A stretch of DNA of 64,000 nucleotides from IMG/VR virus record IMGVR_UViG_3300036770_001978, positions 3,753 to 67,752 of that record, one strand, 5' to 3'. The translations under genes and the position numbers were made by a program. Shown here piece by piece: positions 1 to 6,750 of this stretch (the stretch's first letter is position 1; every line of letters begins with the position of its first letter). The DNA is from a virus. The notes beneath the pieces were generated by a model. It was given only the letters and a program-made list of their open reading frames with translations, was not told where the DNA came from and made no database searches.

Positions 1-100
1 GAACAATTCGCCCTGATTTCATTGGGCCACATAAGTCTCGCCTGCACGTTCGTGCTTGGCGTTTTGGTCGGTTGTTCTCTTTCGAAGAAAAGGACTTCAC

Positions 101-1213
101 ATGGCTACGGCAACGAAGGAACGTCGCAAGACTGGTGGCATCACATTGAGCGCCGCCGAGCTGAAGAGTGCTCTCGCCGCTGTCAGCCCGGCTGTGCCAA
201 CAAGGGCACCAAAGCCGGTGCTGACGAACGTGCGTCTGGGTGACGGGCTCGTCACCGGCACTGATCTCGAGGTGCGGATCGACGCCGCCATCGACTACCA
301 TGGCGATGCCATGCTGCTGCCGCACGGGCGGCTCATGGCGATCCTGAACGCCGCCGGTGGCGAGGAGGTGACCCTGGAGCCGAAGGGCACGTCGTGCGTC
401 GTGCGGTGCGGACACGGAACGTGGACGCTGCCCGTCGAGGACGCGGCCGAGTACCCGATCTGGGAGCCGAAGGACGCGAAGCCCGTGACGCGGCTCCCGG
501 CTGACCAGTTCGCTCGGGCGGTGCGTGGCGTGGTGTTCGCCGCCGACCAAGAGTCGAGCCGCTACGCCCTCGGGGCGGTGCTCGTGGACGTGAAGGACGG
601 CGTGGTCAACTTCGTGGCCACCGACGGCCGCCGGCTGTGCTCGTCGGAGATGGAGCACGACCTGGCCGTCGATGACACAACCACACTGGTGCCGAGCCGC
701 GTGATGCAGATCCTGGCCCGCGTCGCGGTGGCGGCCGGCGAGGACTCGGTGCAGCTAGAGGCCACGGCGAACGAGCTGCTGGCCACCATCGGCGGCACGA
801 CCGTCACGGCCCGGCTGACTGAGGGCCGCTTCCCCAGGTGGCGTGACGTGATCCCGGCAGACGGTGGCGAGCCGACCACGGTGCTGGCCACGGAACTGTT
901 GTCGGCGACCAGGGCGGCAGCCATCGTGACGAGCGAGCAGTCGAAGGGCGTGCAGTACACCTTCACGGCTGAAGGCATCCACCTGCACGGGCAGTCTGCC
1001 GAGTCCGGCGAGTCGAGCGTGACGTGCGAGATCGTGGAGGCCGGCAAGGCGTGCACGGTGAAGCTCGATCCGGTGTTCGTCCGCAAGTGGCTCTCGGGCC
1101 TGCCGGCTGACGGCGAGCCAACGGTCAGCGTCCAGGCCACGGACGCTCAGTCGGCCGTCGTGCTTCGCACGGACACGTTCACCGGCGTCATCATGCCCCT
1201 GGCCACGGAGTGA
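101..1213 (+). CDS. dnaN: DNA polymerase III beta sliding clamp
   Basis: 370 aa from the ATG after an AAGGA RBS. Clamp motifs KPVLTNV, GTDLE, SRYALGAV, VATDGRRL, EGRFPRWRDVIP and C-terminal VIMPL. Confidence 0.9.
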   Translation: MATATKERRKTGGITLSAAELKSALAAVSPAVPTRAPKPVLTNVRLGDGLVTGTDLEVRIDAAIDYHGDAMLLPHGRLMAILNAAGGEEVTLEPKGTSCVVRCGHGTWTLPVEDAAEYPIWEPKDAKPVTRLPADQFARAVRGVVFAADQESSRYALGAVLVDVKDGVVNFVATDGRRLCSSEMEHDLAVDDTTTLVPSRVMQILARVAVAAGEDSVQLEATANELLATIGGTTVTARLTEGRFPRWRDVIPADGGEPTTVLATELLSATRAAAIVTSEQSKGVQYTFTAEGIHLHGQSAESGESSVTCEIVEAGKACTVKLDPVFVRKWLSGLPADGEPTVSVQATDAQSAVVLRTDTFTGVIMPLATE

Positions 1214-1536
1214 GCGTAATGCGTCAAAACGTTGACGTTGCCAGTCTGTTCAGGCTCTGGAACGACGAGAGCATGACACGGGCTGAAATCGCACGAGAGC
1301 TCGGCGTGACGGCTGGTCAGCTGACAAGGTTGGCCAGCCGTCACGGGCTCGGCGTTCGAGGACGCAAGCACCGGGCGTTTTCAATGACTGACCCGTCGCC
1401 AGACGAGATCGAGCGGCTGAAGGCCGTGCTGAAGGAACGGCACATCCAGGAGCGGATACGTGAGGACGTGACGAACACGAACAGCAAGGTGAGCAAGTGG
1501 CGGAACGGCATCTGCAGCCCGAGAGGTGTGGCGTGA
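1210..1536 (+). CDS. HTH DNA-binding protein (GcrA-like N-terminus)
   Basis: LW..MTRAEIARELGVT..QL helix-turn-helix. GTGA overlaps on both sides. Confidence 0.6.
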   Translation: MSVMRQNVDVASLFRLWNDESMTRAEIARELGVTAGQLTRLASRHGLGVRGRKHRAFSMTDPSPDEIERLKAVLKERHIQERIREDVTNTNSKVSKWRNGICSPRGVA

Positions 1537-2312
1537 CAGACCGCGACCACTTCGCCGCTGCGGCCCTGACGGGGCTGTTGTCCGACAAGGCCAATCAGTA
1601 TCCCACTGCATTGCAGTGGGAGCAACTGCTGAAGCACGCCTACCGCTGTGCCGACGCCATGCTCCGCGCGCGGGAGCGAACCGATCATGACGCCGCGCCG
1701 GCGGCGACAGCCCCGACAGACGCCAGCCCTCTCCGCTCGGCGCAGAGCGTGACGGCTGGTATGGGCACCGGCAATCAGACTGCTCCACCATGCGTGGAGG
1801 CAGATGGCCTCTCGTCTGCGATAGCGCAGCCACCGGCCTCCAGCGATGGAAGCGGCGAGGGGCGGCCCCTAGACGACACGCGGCCCGACACAAAGGGAGA
1901 AGCGACGGGTGGGCGGGGGCGCAATACAAGTGTTACCAACGGAGACACATCAGCAAAGCCTGTTGCCGAATCTCAAGATCAGCGACAGGAGCCGGTGGCG
2001 TGGGCCGTGTTCTGCGGCGACTCTCGCTTCTGCTATGACCACTACGACGACGAGTGCGAGGCGCAGGCCATCGCGGATATGCTGGCGGGCGATGATCGCG
2101 GCGACGGTTTGTGGCATATCGTCCCGCTCTACCGCGAGCCGCAGACCTGCCCCTACGTCGTTGGCCGCACCACGCTGCACTGTTCGCTGACGCCGCTCAC
2201 GCTCACCGACGCGGAGCGGGAGGCGATCAGGTTCGCCGCCGTGTTCTACTCGCAGGGAGGGCGAGCGGCTGACGCCGCCACGCTCCGCAACCTACTGGAG
2301 AGGACAAAATGA
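1533..2312 (+). CDS. Mosaic hypothetical protein (TDRDHFAAAAL / LTDAEREAI family), copy 1
   Basis: GTG start overlaps the upstream TGA. Blockwise near-identity to 63025-63981. Confidence 0.7.
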   Translation: MTDRDHFAAAALTGLLSDKANQYPTALQWEQLLKHAYRCADAMLRARERTDHDAAPAATAPTDASPLRSAQSVTAGMGTGNQTAPPCVEADGLSSAIAQPPASSDGSGEGRPLDDTRPDTKGEATGGRGRNTSVTNGDTSAKPVAESQDQRQEPVAWAVFCGDSRFCYDHYDDECEAQAIADMLAGDDRGDGLWHIVPLYREPQTCPYVVGRTTLHCSLTPLTLTDAEREAIRFAAVFYSQGGRAADAATLRNLLERTK

Positions 2313-2587
2313 CCAGCGTCTGGCTCGTCACGAACGGCGGCAGCGGGGAGGATGGCGACGAATGGCTGCTGGACTCCATCTACGCAACGAAGGAAGGCGC
2401 AAAGGCTGGGCGCACCAAGTGGTTCAATGTGGTCGAGGAGTCTGTGCTGCGTGGCAGCATCCTCACCGACGAGGAGCGAGAGGCGATTGAGAGGGCCATC
2501 GGGCGAGAGTTGGACGCCGAGTGGTATGGCGGGCCTGAACCAGACAGGGTGGTGGCGCTTCGCGGGCTACTTGAACGGCTAGGCTGA
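2309..2587 (+). CDS. Hypothetical protein with LTDEEREAI..LLERLG C-terminal module
   Basis: ATGA coupling, GGAG RBS. Stop codon lies in the outer box of attC-like site 1. Confidence 0.75.
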   Translation: MTSVWLVTNGGSGEDGDEWLLDSIYATKEGAKAGRTKWFNVVEESVLRGSILTDEEREAIERAIGRELDAEWYGGPEPDRVVALRGLLERLG

Positions 2588-2672
2588 GAACGCCAGCGAT
2601 CTGCGGCCCGCGACCGCTGACTTACCATACCGGCAGGCGGCATCGCGGGTCCGCTGCATCGCGTGGTTCCAA
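2585..2672 (-). repeat. attC-like recombination site 1
   Basis: GAAC-GCCA-GCGAT-CTGCGG-CCCGCGA...TCGCGGG-T-CCGCTG-C-ATCGC-GTG-GTTC. Imperfect hairpin with AAC/GTT ends and two bulged bases. Confidence 0.75.
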
Positions 2673-2690
2673 AAAGCAAAGGAGACAGAC

Positions 2691-2939
2691 ATGAGTGATT
2701 TGATACCGCCGATGATGCCTGACGATCTGGACGCACTCATTCAGGCGATGGAGCGGGTGCAGCAACTAGAGGCAGAGGTGGCAAAGTTGCGACTTACCGA
2801 CGAGGAGCGGGATGCGGTGATAGCGGCGCGAAAGCACCTCTTGTGGCTCGCGCCGCCAGACTCCAATGCGCAGGACACCGTTGATGCTCTTGGTTCGCTG
2901 CTGGAGCGCTTGGCTCTCAACGTAAAGGAGTTGACATGA
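2691..2939 (+). CDS. Hypothetical protein with LTDEERDAV module
   Basis: AAGGAG RBS. Shares the C-terminal module with its neighbours. Confidence 0.7.
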   Translation: MSDLIPPMMPDDLDALIQAMERVQQLEAEVAKLRLTDEERDAVIAARKHLLWLAPPDSNAQDTVDALGSLLERLALNVKELT

Positions 2940-3229
2940 CGCCGTTTGGATTTGTCCTGTCGGTTGCCGCGCTAGTGGTGGGACTGCTGCTTGGATACTT
3001 CGCATCTTGGGCGACACCAAAGCCTGCGCCAGATGACTACGCCGACTGCCTGATTCACCCCGAGACAACGCCGCAGGTCAAGTGGGTGAAAATGACTCGG
3101 CCGACCAGGGACGCGATCATCGACATCTACGCGGCCAACATGGACGAGTGCAAGAAGTTCATGGAGGCGAACGACCGCGTTACGACTGGCGAGGCGGCGA
3201 TACTGTGGCTGATGGAAAAGGCGAAATGA
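2936..3229 (+). CDS. Hypothetical membrane-anchored protein
   Basis: AAGGAG RBS, ATGA coupling, N-terminal hydrophobic helix. Confidence 0.7.
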   Translation: MTPFGFVLSVAALVVGLLLGYFASWATPKPAPDDYADCLIHPETTPQVKWVKMTRPTRDAIIDIYAANMDECKKFMEANDRVTTGEAAILWLMEKAK

Positions 3230-3483
3230 TTCACAACACATGCCCATGCTGCGAAGTGTCACGCCCGCCGCACCGCGATGACTGCACGTTTGCGGTCGAT
3301 TGCCCGGAGGCGTGCGCGGACTTTGACTACGTTGCTAACCTGCGGCTCACCGACGAGGAGCGGCACGCCATCGCGGTCGTCCGCAACTGCGCCATGACGC
3401 GAGCCGAGCGGTTTCTAACGCAGAGCGATGCGGAGAGGGAGGCGACACTGGTGCTGTGGAGATTGCGGGAACGGCTAGGCTGA
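3226..3483 (+). CDS. Small Cys/His-containing protein with LTDEERHAI module
   Basis: ATGA coupling. CPCC..H..C motif. Ends RERLG inside attC-like site 2. Confidence 0.65.
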   Translation: MIHNTCPCCEVSRPPHRDDCTFAVDCPEACADFDYVANLRLTDEERHAIAVVRNCAMTRAERFLTQSDAEREATLVLWRLRERLG

Positions 3484-3569
3484 GAACGCCAGCGATCAGC
3501 GGCATCGAACACAGGAGCAACCATGGGAGACGAGGTAGATGAGATGTCCGCTGCATCGCGTGGTTCTGT
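3481..3569 (-). repeat. attC-like recombination site 2 (loop holds the RBS and ATG of the next gene)
   Basis: GAAC-GCCA-GCGAT-CAGCGG-CATC...GATG-T-CCGCTG-C-ATCGC-GTG-GTTCTGT. Confidence 0.8.
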
Positions 3570-4002
3570 GATCGCACCCCGCGACATCCTTGACGAAGCC
3601 CGAGACTTCCTGAAGCCGCACGGGTCGGCAGACGAGGTTGCCCGCTACCCGGTCGCTTCCCTTGTGCTGCGGCTGGCGGATGAGTTGCGTCAGACGCGAG
3701 CCGCGTTCGGCGATCTGGACGAGCAGGAAAAACTGATCGCGCAACTGGAATCACAACTGGATGGCTGCTGCAAGAAACTGTGGGTGGAGTGGGTGCCGGT
3801 TGCCGAGCAACTGCCGACACGCGATCAGGTTGTTCTCGTCGCGTGGGAAGGTTGGGAGTTGGTGACGTTGGGGCACTTCATCGACGGCGATTGGTTCGAC
3901 CCGGTGGTAGCCATTTCCGAGTACGGGCCGCCGACGCACTGGATGCCGCTGCCGATTGGGCCGCGACCGCCAGTTCCGGCCCCGCCGAGCGACAGTAAGT
4001 AG
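3523..4002 (+). CDS. DUF551-like (Eaa/Ead-type) phage protein
   Basis: WVPVAEQLP...VLVAW...PTHWMPLP motif. Confidence 0.75.
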   Translation: MGDEVDEMSAASRGSVIAPRDILDEARDFLKPHGSADEVARYPVASLVLRLADELRQTRAAFGDLDEQEKLIAQLESQLDGCCKKLWVEWVPVAEQLPTRDQVVLVAWEGWELVTLGHFIDGDWFDPVVAISEYGPPTHWMPLPIGPRPPVPAPPSDSK

Positions 4003-4004
4003 CC

Positions 4005-4094
4005 ACAGAACGACAAGGATAAGGAGCATCGCATGACTGACGAAACAACACCACAGGACGGCAAGGCGATGTCTCCTGCATCCGCTGGTTCGCT
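4005..4094 (-). repeat. attC-like recombination site 3
   Basis: ACAGAAC-GACAA-GGAT-AAGGAG-CATCGC...GCGATG-T-CTCCTG-C-ATCC-GCTG-GTTCGCT. Same bulges as sites 1 and 2, with compensatory stem changes. Confidence 0.75.
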
Positions 4095-4335
4095 GTTCCT
4101 GATTACAGTGCCACTTGGAGACGGACTGGTTGGTATCAAGTGCATTGAGGACGAGGACAAAACGCCCGGCATCCTGATGCGAGCGCTGACCAAGCCATGC
4201 GACATCGGGGCCATGTCGCCAAAAGGCAACAGCGAGAACTTTGGCGTTTTCGTCCGATGCCCGAAACTGGAGTCGGCTCAAGTGCTGCTCAAGGCGGTGC
4301 AAGAACTGTGCGACACACTGAAGGCGAAAGAGTAA
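4033..4335 (+). CDS. Hypothetical cassette protein starting inside attC-like site 3
   Basis: AAGGAG RBS at 4021-4026. Stop codon abuts site 4. Confidence 0.7.
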   Translation: MTDETTPQDGKAMSPASAGSLFLITVPLGDGLVGIKCIEDEDKTPGILMRALTKPCDIGAMSPKGNSENFGVFVRCPKLESAQVLLKAVQELCDTLKAKE

Positions 4336-4376
4336 GCGAACGCCAGCGATCAGCGGCCCGTCCGCTGCATCGCGTG
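4335..4376 (-). repeat. Truncated attC-like site 4
   Basis: AGCGAAC-GCCAGCGATCAGCGG-CCCGT-CCGCTGCATCGCGTG. Loop collapsed and right-hand GTT lost. Confidence 0.65.
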
Positions 4377-4499
4377 ACTGCACACAAACTGTCGAAAAGT
4401 GACACAAACCACCCACCCAGACGTTCGCCCCTGGTTCCATGAGGACGCGGAGCCCGGCCCGTACACCGAAGACCCGGAGGACGGTTACCCGTACGACGA

Positions 4500-4739
4500 A
4501 TGAGCGGCTGCATGATTGAGCGAGGGAGCGCTGGGGTGCCGTGCGTTGGAGGGCCGCTGGACGGAGCGCTCCGGCCTTTCTCGTCGCATGACAGGCTGTG
4601 CGTCTCCATGATCGGCCCGCTTGGCGTTCGGCACCAGTGGTACGAACTGAGGACATGGCGGAAGAAGTCTGGCGAGTACAAGGACAGGTGGGTGTATCTG
4701 GGCTGGGGCGGCACGCACGGCCCGAAGGGGGAACCATGA
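4500..4739 (+). CDS. Hypothetical protein
   Basis: CVGGPLDG motif common in small phage proteins. ATGA coupling to the next gene. Confidence 0.55.
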   Translation: MSGCMIERGSAGVPCVGGPLDGALRPFSSHDRLCVSMIGPLGVRHQWYELRTWRKKSGEYKDRWVYLGWGGTHGPKGEP

Positions 4740-4879
4740 GCGGATGGCTGATAGCCCTGACTGGCTTGATCTACGCCTACGTCTCCGCCGAGCAGTTCTG
4801 GCGTGGCAATCCCGGCATGGGGGTCGCCTACTTGGGGTACGCATTCTCCAATGTGGGCCTGTACCTGCTGGCGAAGTAG
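4736..4879 (+). CDS. Small two-TM membrane protein (47 aa)
   Basis: MSGWLIALTGLIYAYVSAEQFWRGNPGMGVAYLGYAFSNVGLYLLAK. Confidence 0.65.
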   Translation: MSGWLIALTGLIYAYVSAEQFWRGNPGMGVAYLGYAFSNVGLYLLAK

Positions 4880-4880
4880 A

Positions 4881-4893
4881 CGGCCATAAATCC
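4881..4893 (+). promoter_or_regulatory. Candidate late promoter motif (CGGMCATAAATCC)
   Basis: Near-copies at 23942, 44344 and 47146, each upstream of a virion or late gene block. Confidence 0.45.
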
Positions 4894-4907
4894 CGTGAGG
4901 GATTTCT

Positions 4908-6749
4908 ATGGCAACACCCGCTGCGCTCGCTGCCGCCCGTCTGGGGCGGGCCTCTAAGGTCGCGGAGTTGGCAAGCGAGGCGAGGGCGTTCACGCCTGCC
5001 GGGTATCTTCCTGCGCCACCAGTGCCGCGATTTATTTCCAGGGCAGAGGAGGCTGCTGCAAGACTTCCGGCCTCCATCAAGGCAGAGTCCGTGCGAAATG
5101 CGCTCATCAAGGGAGGGGCAAAGCCTGCCGAACTTGACTACGCGGGCCTCGACGGGTTCGTTGCTGACCGCGCCGGGACGAAGGTGTCAGCCGCCGATGT
5201 CCTGTCGCACTTGCGCAGCGAGGGTCCGCTGGAAAGGATTGTGCGAGTCGATCAGCGACGGGGAACAAAAGCGGAGATCGCCGCGCGGAAAATGTCGGGG
5301 GAACCTCCTGAGACATCTTCGATGCGAGAGCCGTTCAACGAGCAGCAGGCATATCCTCGCACGATGTATCACAAACACACAGAGCAGGGGGTCGGCGGCG
5401 ATTATTCCGGATACCGCGAGGTGCTGTTTGGCGACAACCGCAATGACGCCGGTCGTCCCGGAAGAGTGCTGGACGGGCTTGTTGTTCCACACAGGATGAT
5501 GCGTGCTGGCCCAATAGACGCTCACAACTCCACGTACTGGATGCGGTATCACAGCAACCCAGACGCTATTGCAGTCCAAAACGTACAGAGCGATGCCGGT
5601 CAGAATTGGTCGCGCCGCGAAGCCGACCTTCGTCGTGTCGCAAAAAGGCTGGGCGTTCAGCCATATAGCGACGAAATGCCTGCGGCCATAGAGGCGGAGG
5701 CACGGCGACTTTTGTCCGACCTCGCTCGCGCACCAGACGACGAGTACGACGCGCTGTACGACCAGTTGGAAGAAACCCAGATGGCGCAACAGCATCTCAG
5801 CAGGCTGGAGGCAGGAGACAGAGCGCAGGGAGACAAGGTTCGCCGTCTGCAAGAAGATTGGCACCGCGTTTATCTCGACAACGAGTCCATGCGCTGGGCA
5901 GGTCTGGCGGACATGCGCGACAGCGCGGCAGAAGAGGCCGCAGGCGAGGCGCACGACGCAGCGGCCCGAATCGCGGCGTTGTCAGGCAATGTTCACGCGC
6001 CAGAAAGCCCGCTGGTGCAAGAGGATCGCTGGAAGGATTTTCTGGCTCGGCAGATCGTCCTACAAGCGGCCGCAGAAGGGAAGCCAATCACACTGCCGAC
6101 TGGGGCTAACGCCAATCTTGTTGAGGGAATGCCCATTCAAGCGGCGACCGTGTTCTACGAAAAAGACTTCCCTAGCCGCATCGAGAAAGTCCTCAAGGAG
6201 TTTGACCCACAAGGTGGTGGGGCGTCGTCGCGGTATGTCGGCCAAGCCGGAGACATGCGACTTTATGGACCCGCGCCGCGAGACGGAGGCTCCGCGAGCG
6301 AGGCAAGCGCGCTGAACGTTCCGGCTCTTGGCAGCGTGGCGCGGGTTGTGCCGTACACGAACGAATTGGACGGGCTCGTGAGGCAGATTGTGGCTGACGC
6401 TGGGCCAGACGACGCAAGGCTTCTCTCGCTTGTCCGATTTGAGGGCAAGTCAGGAGACGGCAGGCGGCTCGCGATTGACAAGATGCTGGACACGTTATCC
6501 CGCAGCCCTGAGATTGTGGCCCCAGACCAGCAGCCGCACATTTCGCGGCTGTATGGAGTGCTTGAGCGAGCGCGATCGCATCCTGTGCCCGTAGTGGGAG
6601 GAGAGCGTCCGGGAACCCACATCACCATGACACCAGTGGCGCGCCGAAACATCCTGGAGCGCGGAATGCCAATCATGTCGGTGATCCCTGCGGCAGCAAT
6701 CGGCGCATCGCAGGGCGGCGTCCTCGACGGCTTGAAGGAGACACGGTGA
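4908..6749 (+). CDS. Large polyvalent-protein-like / internal virion-like protein
   Basis: 613 aa. YREVL, NVQSD, W....R..L.AAAEG, FYEKD.P and ITMTP...GMP pattern recalled from phage polyvalent and ejected proteins. Confidence 0.55.
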   Translation: MATPAALAAARLGRASKVAELASEARAFTPAGYLPAPPVPRFISRAEEAAARLPASIKAESVRNALIKGGAKPAELDYAGLDGFVADRAGTKVSAADVLSHLRSEGPLERIVRVDQRRGTKAEIAARKMSGEPPETSSMREPFNEQQAYPRTMYHKHTEQGVGGDYSGYREVLFGDNRNDAGRPGRVLDGLVVPHRMMRAGPIDAHNSTYWMRYHSNPDAIAVQNVQSDAGQNWSRREADLRRVAKRLGVQPYSDEMPAAIEAEARRLLSDLARAPDDEYDALYDQLEETQMAQQHLSRLEAGDRAQGDKVRRLQEDWHRVYLDNESMRWAGLADMRDSAAEEAAGEAHDAAARIAALSGNVHAPESPLVQEDRWKDFLARQIVLQAAAEGKPITLPTGANANLVEGMPIQAATVFYEKDFPSRIEKVLKEFDPQGGGASSRYVGQAGDMRLYGPAPRDGGSASEASALNVPALGSVARVVPYTNELDGLVRQIVADAGPDDARLLSLVRFEGKSGDGRRLAIDKMLDTLSRSPEIVAPDQQPHISRLYGVLERARSHPVPVVGGERPGTHITMTPVARRNILERGMPIMSVIPAAAIGASQGGVLDGLKETR

Positions 6750-6750
6750 T

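Noticed and set aside
1-1536. dnaN as host chromosome flanking a prophage
   Set aside because: There is no dnaA/recF/gyrB context. The gene is coupled to phage-type small genes and no att duplication was seen.
1533-2331. Diversity-generating retroelement template/variable repeat pair with 63025-64000
   Set aside because: There is no reverse transcriptase. The differences are block replacements and are not adenine-specific.
2585-4376. attC-like hairpins as simple terminators or REP elements
   Set aside because: There are no U-tracts. AAC/GTT ends and bulges are conserved, the outer boxes pair across the genes, and ORFs start inside the hairpins.
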